Assembly: GCA_965215685.1 (NCBI GenBank)
Contig: OZ244113.1
Coordinates: 2,606,256-2,670,255, forward strand
Origin: Chitinophagales bacterium
Lineage (GTDB): Bacteria; Bacteroidota; Bacteroidia; Chitinophagales; JAHQVX01
Length of the DNA stretch: 64,000 nt
Direction: 5' to 3'
Part shown: piece after piece, positions 9,138 through 18,288 of the stretch
Layout of the letters: the number at the start of each line of letters is the position of its first letter
Position numbering within the stretch: position 1 is the first letter of the stretch
Made by a program: the position numbers and the translations under genes
The notes under the pieces: generated by a model
Told to the model about the DNA's origin: nothing
Databases searched by the model: none
The model's input: the letters and a program-made list of their open reading frames with translations, nothing else

Positions 9138-10619
9138 TTTTCTTTAACATCTCGTGCGCCCTTGCAAGTTCCCAATTTTCCAGCAATTCGTTTTTATGTA
9201 TTGCTAACCAATCAAAAACAAGATTTTAAGCTCTTCGGGGCATTTCTCCTGAAACAATTCCTGACTCAATTTCAACAGTGGCTTCGTAATCTTGATATTC
9301 AATATGGAAATGTGGCGGATTCTGATTGTTGTAAAACATTCTTATCACAATTCCATGGAACCTACATATTTCGGGTATTTTCCGGATATAAAAAGATACT
9401 TTCAACTTTATGCTTTCTGTTGCTTTTTCCCTTTGTCGAATATGCTCAAGTAGAAATTTGTCCAACCTGCCCGGTTAAAAAAATTAAAGAAGGAATAGAT
9501 CAGGCAAAACCTTATTCCACCTTAACTATTAATGGCGGTGAATATCAGGTCGAAAACCTTGTAATAGACAAGCCCATTAAAATCACAGGGAAAAACAACC
9601 CCCGCATCATTTCCAGATCGGGAGATGAAGTGTTTACCATTTTGGCCGATAGCGTAACCATTAAAAACCTGCATATTAGCGGAGTAACCACGAGCTATTT
9701 GAAGGAACGCTCCGGTATTAGAATAAAACGGGCCAATCACTTCAGCATTGAAAATAATATTCTTGAAAACTGCTTCTTTGCAGTTTATTTGGAGCGTGGT
9801 AAACACGGAAAGGTTAAGGGCAACATACTAAAAGGCAATGCCACTACGGAAGCGGAAAGCGGAAACGGCATTCACGCCTGGTATTGTGATAATATACTTA
9901 TAGAAGACAATGAGATTTACGGCCACAGAGATGGTATTTACTTTGAATTTGTAAACGAGAGTATGATCCGGAATAATCATAGTGAGCGCAACAGACGTTA
10001 TGGTCTGCACTATATGTTTTCCAACGATGATGAATACGTAAACAACACCTTTGTGAACAATGGAGTAGGCGTGGCCGTAATGTTTTCACGACGCATTAAT
10101 ATGAGCCACAATATTTTCAAAAATAATTGGGGAAAGGCAGCTTACGGCCTGTTGTTAAAAGAGATATATGATGCTGAAATTGAGCATAACGAATTTGACC
10201 AAAACACCGTGGGCATTTTCGTTGAAGGCTCTAACCGTATCAATTACCGGTACAACGATTTTAAGAGCAATGGCTGGGCACTTAAATTTTCGGGTGGCTG
10301 CGAGGCCAATGATGTAACCGAAAATAATTTTTTAAACAACTCCCTTGATCTGGTGGTGAGTGCTTCACATTCCGACAATAAATTCCATCATAATTATTGG
10401 AGTAACTATACCGGTTATGATCTTAACAAAGATGGAATTGGCGATGTGCCATATTATCCAGTAAAGCTTTTTTCTTACATTATCGAAAAATCGCCTGATG
10501 CTATTGTGTTAATGCGTAGCTTGTTTGTGGAGTTGGTTAACTTTTCAGAAAAAGTAAGCCCTGTATTTACTCCAAAAAATGTTTTTGATGAATATCCATT
10601 AATGCAAGAAGTAAAATGA
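9129..10619 (+). CDS. nosD: NosD periplasmic copper-binding beta-helix protein (5' boundary uncertain)
   Basis: Repeated parallel beta-helix motifs (NNxxxxNxxxGxxL) throughout. Signal-peptide-like segment STLCFLLLFPFVEYAQ appears only about 90 codons into the ORF, with no in-frame ATG nearby. The first about 340 nt overlap the antisense DUF4160 gene. Confidence 0.8.
   Translation: MVQFSLTSRAPLQVPNFPAIRFYVLLTNQKQDFKLFGAFLLKQFLTQFQQWLRNLDIQYGNVADSDCCKTFLSQFHGTYIFRVFSGYKKILSTLCFLLLFPFVEYAQVEICPTCPVKKIKEGIDQAKPYSTLTINGGEYQVENLVIDKPIKITGKNNPRIISRSGDEVFTILADSVTIKNLHISGVTTSYLKERSGIRIKRANHFSIENNILENCFFAVYLERGKHGKVKGNILKGNATTEAESGNGIHAWYCDNILIEDNEIYGHRDGIYFEFVNESMIRNNHSERNRRYGLHYMFSNDDEYVNNTFVNNGVGVAVMFSRRINMSHNIFKNNWGKAAYGLLLKEIYDAEIEHNEFDQNTVGIFVEGSNRINYRYNDFKSNGWALKFSGGCEANDVTENNFLNNSLDLVVSASHSDNKFHHNYWSNYTGYDLNKDGIGDVPYYPVKLFSYIIEKSPDAIVLMRSLFVELVNFSEKVSPVFTPKNVFDEYPLMQEVK
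9226..9465 (-). CDS. DUF4160 family protein
   Basis: NPPHFHIEY motif characteristic of DUF4160. About 80 aa. The true start is probably internal to the called ORF. Confidence 0.6.
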   Translation of the reverse strand: MDKFLLEHIRQREKATESIKLKVSFYIRKIPEICRFHGIVIRMFYNNQNPPHFHIEYQDYEATVEIESGIVSGEMPRRA

Positions 10620-10772
10620 TTGTTTTTAACCACGGAGTAAAACAGAGTTGGCCACAAAGTATCAAAGAGTTGTTATTCAAACGCGCGTATTTAACTCTGT
10701 GTAACTCCGTTTTTACTTTGTGTAACTCTGTGGTTATTTCAGTAACAACTAAAATTCGCGGTTAACTTTCAC

Positions 10773-11501
10773 ATGATCCGATTTCAAAACATACATAAGA
10801 AGTTTGGTAAAAACCATGTGCTTAAAGGCATTGACCTACAGTTCGCTGGGGGAGGAATAACTGCTATCCTGGGTCCCAACGGATCAGGTAAAACCACTTT
10901 AATCAAATGTTTACTGGGTTTGGTCATCCCCGATAGTGGAGATATACAGTTCAACAGCCACTCAATTAAAGGTCAATTCAACTACCGAAACCAGCTTTCA
11001 CATCTTCCGCAAATAGCTCGTTTTCCCGAAAACCTTACCGTTTCCGAAGTCATTAAAATGATTAGGGACTTACGTCCGGGGGAAACAAATGAAACTCACT
11101 TTATTCAACTTTTTAATCTGGATGAACACCTAAAGAAAAAGATGCGGAACCTGTCCGGAGGTACCAGACAAAAAGTGAATATTTTATTGGCTTTAATGTA
11201 TGATAGTCCGGTTATAATCTTAGATGAACCCAGCACTGGCCTTGATCCGCTGGCACTCATTAACCTTAAAGAACACCTTGCACAGGAAAAAGCAAAAGGC
11301 AAGCTCATTCTTATTACAACCCATAGTATGAACTTTGTGCAGGAAATGGCAGATAACATTGTGTTTCTGTTGGAAGGAGAGATCTATTTCAACGGAACGA
11401 AAGAACAACTGTTGGATGAACAAGGAGCGAATAAGGTGGAAGAGGCCATTGCCAATATTTTCAGGAAAGAAGGTGTAGAGCAACACAAACCAGTAAATTG
11501 A
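10773..11501 (+). CDS. nosF: NosF ABC transporter ATP-binding protein
   Basis: Walker A GPNGSGKTT. ABC signature LSGGTRQK. Walker B ILDEP. Confidence 0.85.
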   Translation: MIRFQNIHKKFGKNHVLKGIDLQFAGGGITAILGPNGSGKTTLIKCLLGLVIPDSGDIQFNSHSIKGQFNYRNQLSHLPQIARFPENLTVSEVIKMIRDLRPGETNETHFIQLFNLDEHLKKKMRNLSGGTRQKVNILLALMYDSPVIILDEPSTGLDPLALINLKEHLAQEKAKGKLILITTHSMNFVQEMADNIVFLLEGEIYFNGTKEQLLDEQGANKVEEAIANIFRKEGVEQHKPVN

Positions 11502-11671
11502 AGGGGATGAAAGATTTATTAACCGCAATGTACACAATGTTACCCGCGGTGTTTCGCAATGTTCATCGTGACCATTGTGCTATACTTTGTGCAACATTGT
11601 GGTTATCACTCGGCATGCTCAGGAGAGTTTCACAGAGTATTTTTTAAGGGAAAAGAAAGGCCCTAAAGAGA

Positions 11672-12454
11672 ATGTTTAAAATCTTCAAATACAGTTTTCA
11701 GGACATGGTGCGCAACCGGTGGATGTTCATTTATCTTGGCTTTTACCTGTTGCTCACTTTAGGGCTATTGTTTCTGAGCCATGATGTGACCAAGGTTATT
11801 GTAAGCCTTACCAATATCATTCTCATTCTAACGCCGCTCATTGGAATCCTGTTTGGAGCCATGTATTACTACAACTCGCGTGAGTTTATAGAATTGTTAT
11901 TGGCACAACCATTGTCGCGTACGTCCATTTTTACCGGCTTGTACATGGGTTTGGTATCTTCTTTATCGCTTAGCCTTTTACTTGGGGTGGGTTTACCGAT
12001 GATCTTGTTCGGGATATTCTCATCACCCATGCTAAATACCTTTCTTATTCTGCTGGCCATGGGTGTTGTACTCACCATCATTTTCTCTGGCATTGCCTTT
12101 TTAATTGCCGTTAGGCATGAAAACAAGATAAGGGGACTGGGCATTGTTATATTTACCTGGCTTTTCTTTGCAATTATTTATGATGGCATAGTTCTATTGC
12201 TGCTTTTATTTCTTAAGGATTACCCTCTTGAGAAACTCAGCGTTGGACTCACATCATTCAACCCGATTGACCTGTCAAGAATTCTAATTTTGTTAAAGTT
12301 AGATGTTTCGGCTATGATGGGCTATACCGGTGCTGTTTTTCAAAAATTCTTTGGTAGCGGCACGGGGTCTCTAATTGTGATAGGCATCCTACTTCTATGG
12401 ATGGTGCTGCCGTTTTTGTGGATGCTGAGGCTGGCTAAGAAAAGAGATTTTTAA
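11672..12454 (+). CDS. nosY: NosY ABC-2 type permease
   Basis: 260 aa with six TM segments. Directly follows nosF. Confidence 0.8.
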   Translation: MFKIFKYSFQDMVRNRWMFIYLGFYLLLTLGLLFLSHDVTKVIVSLTNIILILTPLIGILFGAMYYYNSREFIELLLAQPLSRTSIFTGLYMGLVSSLSLSLLLGVGLPMILFGIFSSPMLNTFLILLAMGVVLTIIFSGIAFLIAVRHENKIRGLGIVIFTWLFFAIIYDGIVLLLLLFLKDYPLEKLSVGLTSFNPIDLSRILILLKLDVSAMMGYTGAVFQKFFGSGTGSLIVIGILLLWMVLPFLWMLRLAKKRDF

Positions 12455-12530
12455 TTGTCGTAATTAAGAGTTTCTTAATTTCATCCGTATCCAAAACATT
12501 TTGCAATGCCCGGCCTTCTTCTAATACATG

Positions 12531-12914
12531 AACTAATTCTTTATTCACTCTTTCTGTAATACCTTTTTTGGACTTATTTTTGACATCATTGCCCATAAGC
12601 AATTTAGGTATAAGATATTGTAACGATGTAGGAATTCCCGCGTATCATTTGCATCTTTCATAACCGAATTTTATTTTAAATTAAAAAAATTATGATGACA
12701 ATTAAATATTATTTACTGCTAATGTTTACATGTATTTATGCAGGTTCGCTGGCACAAAATGTGGAGTTTGTGGAGTATGACCTGGACAATGGATTACATG
12801 TAATTCTACACCAGGATAACAGCAACCCAATAGTAGCGGTTTCTGTACTTTATCATGTGGGTTCTAAAAACGAAAACCCTAATAGAACAGGATTTGCGCA
12901 CTTTTTTGAACATT
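12531..12914. repeat. Direct repeat copy 1 (384 bp), upstream flank of the IS1634-family element. It equals the promoter plus first 74 codons of the M16 peptidase gene.
   Basis: Base-for-base identical to 14567..14950 as read from the sequence. It abuts the IS left inverted repeat. Confidence 0.85.
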
Positions 12915-12919
12915 CCTGA
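12692..12919 (+). pseudogene. Truncated duplicate of the M16 peptidase 5' end (first 74 codons, then reads into the IS)
   Basis: The 75-aa ORF is identical to the N-terminus of the 14728..16062 ORF until the IS boundary. Confidence 0.8.
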
Positions 12920-14566
12920 CTTCATCAAATTTTATATTTGGACACTTCTGTTTTTCATAATCAATTGATTTACATTTAATTGTATTTTTTTAATTTCTTA
13001 AATTGGGTGTTAATTGATGTTTTGTAGCTTCATATAGTGTTTGTTAGAAAGCTGAAACATCCAAACGGCAGGACCTATATTCAGGTCATTGAAAAGAAAG
13101 CGGGTAAATTTCTTGTCAAAAAGAGTTTTGGTTCAGCCATATCGGCTACTGATATGGAAAAATTAGTCAAAAAAGCCGAAGGTTGGATTGAAAACACCAC
13201 AGGTTCACTTGAGTTTGATTTTGACAATGAGTCTGCTATTTATCAAAACCTGCTCAATAATATTACCTCTCACAAGCTTGTGGGTATTGATCTTGTTTTG
13301 GGCAAAATATTTGACCAAATAGGGTTTAATAAGATTGAAGACAATCTTTTTCGCCATCTTGTATTGTACAGATTGGTTTATCCAAAAAGTAAATTAAAAA
13401 CCACAGAATATCTGTACCGTTATGAACAAAAGCAATATAGCGAAAACGATATTTATCGCTACATGGATAAGTTGTATGCTACACAGAAAGAGTTGGCTCA
13501 AGATATCAGCTACCGGCACACACTAAAAGTATTGAATGGTAAAATTAGTGTGGTGTTTTATGATGTAACTACTATATACTTTGAGATAGACAAAGATGAT
13601 GAATTGCGAAAAACCGGTTTTTCCAAAGATGGCAAGCATCAAAACCCCCAAATTGTATTGGGTTTGTTGGTTAGCCGGGATGGATACCCGTTGGCTTATG
13701 AAATATTTGAAGGTAATAAGTTTGAAGGACATACCATGCTACCTGTCATTGAATCTTTTAGAAAAAAATACAAGCTTGCTAAACTCATTATAGTGGCAGA
13801 CTCCGGCTTGCTGTCAAAACAAAACATGGAAGATCTTCAATCAAATGGCTATGAGTTTATACTTGGCGCAAGAATAAAAAATGAAAGCAAGCCAATAAAA
13901 GAACAGATAGAAAAACTAAAACTTAAAAATGGAGAAAGTGCTGTTATAGACAAAGATGGCTTACGGCTTATTATTACCTATTCCAACAAAAGAGCCATTA
14001 AAGATGAGTACAATCGAAAAAAGGGGATTAAAAGACTTGAAAAACAGCTTAAAACCGGTCGACTTACTAAAGCCCATATCAACAAAAGAGGCTACAATAA
14101 ATTTTTAAAAATGCAAGGAGGTATTTCTATATCCATAGACCGACAAAAGGTGAAGCAAGATATAAGATGGGATGGTTTGAAAGGCTACATCACTAATGCT
14201 CAATTAAACACCGATGAGTTAATGGATAATTACCAGCAACTATGGCAAATAGAAAAAGCCTTTAGGATAGCAAAAACGGAGTTAAAAATACGCCCTGTAT
14301 TCCATTACAAGCAACGTAGAGTAGAAGCACATATATGCCTAAATTTTGTGGCCTACAAGGTCTATAAAGAATTAGAACGTCAACTGAAAGAAAAACAAAC
14401 TAATATGAGTGCTTCAAAAGCCATTGAAATTGCGCAAAACATATATCAAATTGAAGTAACCACGCCTAAAACAAAAAAGAAACTTAAAAAAATACTACTA
14501 TTTACAAGTGAGCAAAGGCAATTAGCCCAATTGTTTGATTTTGGGTGTTAATTTGCGGAAGTCAGG
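12915..14566 (+). mobile_element. IS1634/IS4-family insertion sequence (about 1.65 kb)
   Basis: Imperfect terminal inverted repeats: left CCTGACTTCATCAAATT, right reverse-complement CCTGACTTCCGCAAATT. Single 504-aa transposase. Flanked by a 384-bp target-site duplication. Confidence 0.75.
13037..14551 (+). CDS. IS4/IS1634-family DDE transposase
   Basis: 504 aa. N-terminal region typical of IS1634-like transposases. C-terminal DDE-type core with K/R-rich tail. Confidence 0.7.
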   Translation: MFVRKLKHPNGRTYIQVIEKKAGKFLVKKSFGSAISATDMEKLVKKAEGWIENTTGSLEFDFDNESAIYQNLLNNITSHKLVGIDLVLGKIFDQIGFNKIEDNLFRHLVLYRLVYPKSKLKTTEYLYRYEQKQYSENDIYRYMDKLYATQKELAQDISYRHTLKVLNGKISVVFYDVTTIYFEIDKDDELRKTGFSKDGKHQNPQIVLGLLVSRDGYPLAYEIFEGNKFEGHTMLPVIESFRKKYKLAKLIIVADSGLLSKQNMEDLQSNGYEFILGARIKNESKPIKEQIEKLKLKNGESAVIDKDGLRLIITYSNKRAIKDEYNRKKGIKRLEKQLKTGRLTKAHINKRGYNKFLKMQGGISISIDRQKVKQDIRWDGLKGYITNAQLNTDELMDNYQQLWQIEKAFRIAKTELKIRPVFHYKQRRVEAHICLNFVAYKVYKELERQLKEKQTNMSASKAIEIAQNIYQIEVTTPKTKKKLKKILLFTSEQRQLAQLFDFGC

Positions 14567-14950
14567 AACTAATTCTTTATTCACTCTTTCTGTAATACCT
14601 TTTTTGGACTTATTTTTGACATCATTGCCCATAAGCAATTTAGGTATAAGATATTGTAACGATGTAGGAATTCCCGCGTATCATTTGCATCTTTCATAAC
14701 CGAATTTTATTTTAAATTAAAAAAATTATGATGACAATTAAATATTATTTACTGCTAATGTTTACATGTATTTATGCAGGTTCGCTGGCACAAAATGTGG
14801 AGTTTGTGGAGTATGACCTGGACAATGGATTACATGTAATTCTACACCAGGATAACAGCAACCCAATAGTAGCGGTTTCTGTACTTTATCATGTGGGTTC
14901 TAAAAACGAAAACCCTAATAGAACAGGATTTGCGCACTTTTTTGAACATT
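14567..14950. repeat. Direct repeat copy 2 (384 bp), downstream flank of the IS. It carries the promoter and 5' end of the intact peptidase gene.
   Basis: Identical to 12531..12914. Confidence 0.85.
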
Positions 14951-16062
14951 TGTTGTTTGAAGGATCCAAAAATATTGAGAGAGGAGAATTTGATAAGTAC
15001 ATTTCGGAGGCCGGCGGAATGAACAATGCCAACACAACCAACGACCGTACCTATTATTACGAACTTTTACCATCCAATCAATTAGCACTTGGCCTGTGGC
15101 TTGAAAGTGAGCGTATGTTACACGCCAAAGTAGAGAATAAAGGAATTGAAACACAGCGAGAAGTGGTTAAAGAAGAAAAACGAATGAGAGTTGACAATCA
15201 GGCATATATGAATGCCATTTGGAGCGAAGTCCCGGCAGAGCTTTTTAAAAATCATCCCTATCGCTGGTCGGTTATTGGTTCAATGGAACATTTGAATGCT
15301 GCACAAGAAGCTGATTATAAAGATTTTTATGCTACGTTTTACGTACCTAACAATGCCACCCTGTCTATTGCCGGTGATTTAGACATTGAAGAAGCTAAAG
15401 CCTTGATTGAGAAGTATTTTGGAGATATACCAAGAGGAACCAATCCAATTCCAAGACCAAATGTAAAAGAGGCTCCGATTACCCAAGAAATACAAAAGAA
15501 TTTTTACGATAAAAATGCACAGATACCCGCTGTGGTATTTGCATATCGTACACCGAAACAAACCGATAAAGACAGCTATGTACTTAATATAATTTCAAGC
15601 ATATTAAGTGGTGGTGAAAGCTCCCGAATGCAAAAGAAAATTGTTAATGAAAAACAATTGGCCATGGCAAACTTTGCTTTTTTAAACGCTATGGAAGATT
15701 ACGGCATGTTTCTCGTTATTGCCCTTACAAATCAAGGAGTAGGACCTGATGAACTTGCAACTGCAATGGATGAAGAAATCAACAATTTATTGAAAAACGG
15801 AATTACCGACAGAGAGCTGCAAAAACAAATTAATCAGTTAGAAAAAGCGTATATAGAAAGTAACCGGTCTATGGCTGGTATTGCTGAGTCATTAGCCAAT
15901 TACCACGTTTATTACGGAAATGCCAATTTGATAAATGAAGAGCTTAAAACCTACAGATCAATTACGAAAGAAGATGTGCTAAGGGTGGCCAATGAATATT
16001 TAAAACCCAACCAAAGAGTACGCGGGTTGATTTTGCCGGCAGACAAAGAAGTATCTAACTAA
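14728..16062 (+). CDS. M16 family zinc peptidase (pitrilysin/insulinase-like, catalytic subunit)
   Basis: Signal peptide. Inverted zincin motif HFFEH followed by downstream Glu. 444 aa. Confidence 0.85.
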   Translation: MMTIKYYLLLMFTCIYAGSLAQNVEFVEYDLDNGLHVILHQDNSNPIVAVSVLYHVGSKNENPNRTGFAHFFEHLLFEGSKNIERGEFDKYISEAGGMNNANTTNDRTYYYELLPSNQLALGLWLESERMLHAKVENKGIETQREVVKEEKRMRVDNQAYMNAIWSEVPAELFKNHPYRWSVIGSMEHLNAAQEADYKDFYATFYVPNNATLSIAGDLDIEEAKALIEKYFGDIPRGTNPIPRPNVKEAPITQEIQKNFYDKNAQIPAVVFAYRTPKQTDKDSYVLNIISSILSGGESSRMQKKIVNEKQLAMANFAFLNAMEDYGMFLVIALTNQGVGPDELATAMDEEINNLLKNGITDRELQKQINQLEKAYIESNRSMAGIAESLANYHVYYGNANLINEELKTYRSITKEDVLRVANEYLKPNQRVRGLILPADKEVSN

Positions 16063-16076
16063 TTAAACTTGAAAAC

Positions 16077-18182
16077 ATGTTACACATGAAAAATATTAAA
16101 TTTTATTTGGTATTAATTACAATCTTTTTTGCAGGTTGTTCTCCAAAACAAATAACAAAAACTACTGAAGTAGATTTTAGATCACAGGCTCCTGCACCCG
16201 GTCCGGCTCCTGTAATTCAGTTAAAAAAACCAGCATCATTTATACTTAATAATGGTTTAAAAGTTTTGGTAGTAGAGAACCATAAACTTCCTACGGTAGA
16301 TATGGACCTGTTTTTAGACTATCCCCAACTTGTTGAAAAAGACAAAGCTGGTATGTTGGAATTCTTTGGGCCAATGATGAAAGCCGGAACCAAAAACTTT
16401 ACGAAAGAAGCTCTTGACGAAGAACTGGACTTTCATGGCATACAGTTAGGCTTTGGTGCCCGTGGCTTAAATGTTAGCACCTTAAAGAAAAAGTTGCCAA
16501 AAGCTATGGAATTAATGAGCGAAGTGCTTTTTAATCCAACTTTTAATAATGAAACTGAGTTGAATAAATTTAAAAAGCAGGCCATTACGGGATTAAGCCA
16601 CTTATCCAAAGATTCTGACGGAATAATGGGTCAGGTTAAGAACGCGGTAATGTACGGTAAAGATCATCCTTGGGGAGAATATGCTACAGAAGATAGTTAC
16701 AAGGCCATTTCATTAAGCGATTTTTCAAAACATTATAATACCTATTTCAAGCCTAACGTTGGCTACTTAACTATTGTAGGAGATATAACACTAGACGAGG
16801 CCAGATCACTGGCCAACAAACACTTTTCAAACTGGAAAAAAGGGAATATAGCTTCAATCCAATATAATGAACCGAAAAACCTTAGTAAAACAGAAATAGT
16901 TGTGGTGGATCTGCCAACGGCAACCCAATCCAATATTTCTATCTCTAATTTACAAGATCTGAAAAAGGCAAATAAAGATTATTTCGGAACGGTTTTGGGC
17001 AATCACATTTTAGGCGGAAGCAGTTTTTCAAGGTTATTTAAAAATCTGAGAGAAGATAAAGGTTATACATATGGTGCTTATTCATCGCTAAGTAATCATC
17101 ATAAAATGCCATCTACATTCAGTGCATCGTTAAAAGTAAGAAATGAAGTAACGGACAGCGCAGTTGTAGAAGTTATGAAAGAGCTAAAACGTATTACTGC
17201 TTCTTTACCCTCGGATGAGTTGGAAACGGCCAAAAAAGAACGGACCGGCCGGTTTGCCCTGGGGCTGGAAGATCCGGCTACCATTGCCCGATATGCCCGA
17301 ACTATCCTACGAGAGAATTTAGATGATGATTTTTATTCCAATTATCTCAAGAGTTTAAATGGCCTTTCTACTAATGATGTAATGGCTGCCATGGATAATT
17401 ATGTAAAGCCCGATAACGCGCGCATTTTTATAGTAGGAAAAGCCACTGAAATTGTTCCCGGTCTTAAAAAATTGGGCTACCCCATACGCTTTTACGATAT
17501 GTGGGCTAACGAAGTAGCTGACCCCACAATTAAAGCAGACTTAGGAGAGGTAACTGCTGAAAGCGTGGTCAATAAGTATTTGAAAGCTATTGGGGGAAGA
17601 GAGAAGCTGGAAAGCATAGGTTCAATGATTCAGGAAATAGATTTGGAGATTCCGGGATTACCCGGGCCGGCAAGCGGAGTGATTAAAATAAAAACGCCTG
17701 ATAAGATGACCATGACTATGAGTGCCGAGGGCATAGGACAACTTATGAGAATGGTATTTAACAAAGACAAAGGCTTTATGGAACAAATGGGGCAAAAAGT
17801 GGATATGGGCCAGGCCGAATTAGTGCATTATCTCAATAGGAATTTATTTGTCGAAGAGCTGGATTTAGATCCGGCCAACATGAAATTAGACAATAAGATT
17901 ACTGAAAACAACAGAGAGTATTATAAAATTATTGTAACCGAAGAGAACGGTACCAATGAGAGGTTCTATGATGCAGAAACAGGTTTGTTGGCTAAAGTGA
18001 TATCTGTTTATAATATCGGCGAGCAACAGGATGTTACCTCATTTATGTATAAAGACTATACCGATTTTGATGGTATTTTGTTGCCAAAATCTCAGGTTAC
18101 AAGTTCTATGGGACAGGAATTTGGTTCAACAATAACAAAAGTGACCTTTAACTCGGGTGTGGAGGATGCAGATTTTGAATAG
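16077..18182 (+). CDS. M16 family peptidase-like lipoprotein (non-catalytic partner subunit)
   Basis: Lipobox FFAGCS. M16 fold without HxxEH. 701 aa. Directly follows the catalytic M16 gene. Confidence 0.75.
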   Translation: MLHMKNIKFYLVLITIFFAGCSPKQITKTTEVDFRSQAPAPGPAPVIQLKKPASFILNNGLKVLVVENHKLPTVDMDLFLDYPQLVEKDKAGMLEFFGPMMKAGTKNFTKEALDEELDFHGIQLGFGARGLNVSTLKKKLPKAMELMSEVLFNPTFNNETELNKFKKQAITGLSHLSKDSDGIMGQVKNAVMYGKDHPWGEYATEDSYKAISLSDFSKHYNTYFKPNVGYLTIVGDITLDEARSLANKHFSNWKKGNIASIQYNEPKNLSKTEIVVVDLPTATQSNISISNLQDLKKANKDYFGTVLGNHILGGSSFSRLFKNLREDKGYTYGAYSSLSNHHKMPSTFSASLKVRNEVTDSAVVEVMKELKRITASLPSDELETAKKERTGRFALGLEDPATIARYARTILRENLDDDFYSNYLKSLNGLSTNDVMAAMDNYVKPDNARIFIVGKATEIVPGLKKLGYPIRFYDMWANEVADPTIKADLGEVTAESVVNKYLKAIGGREKLESIGSMIQEIDLEIPGLPGPASGVIKIKTPDKMTMTMSAEGIGQLMRMVFNKDKGFMEQMGQKVDMGQAELVHYLNRNLFVEELDLDPANMKLDNKITENNREYYKIIVTEENGTNERFYDAETGLLAKVISVYNIGEQQDVTSFMYKDYTDFDGILLPKSQVTSSMGQEFGSTITKVTFNSGVEDADFE

Positions 18183-18288
18183 GTCAACTATTCACAAAGA
18201 ATAAAAACCTATAGTTCTGTGCGTATTGTTCCATTAGACGAGCAGTACGCACAGATATGGTTTTTAGGATAAGTCCTTTTTCCTGTTT

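Noticed and set aside
9129-9400. The ATG at 9129 (MVQFSLTSRAPLQVP...) as the true start of nosD
   Set aside because: The first about 90 codons are compositionally odd. They precede the signal-peptide-like segment and lie antisense to the DUF4160 gene. The real start is more likely near 9390..9420, though no canonical start codon is evident there.
12692-12919. The 75-aa ORF as an independent small gene
   Set aside because: It is the duplicated 5' end of the M16 peptidase gene created by the IS target duplication and reads straight into the IS terminal repeat.
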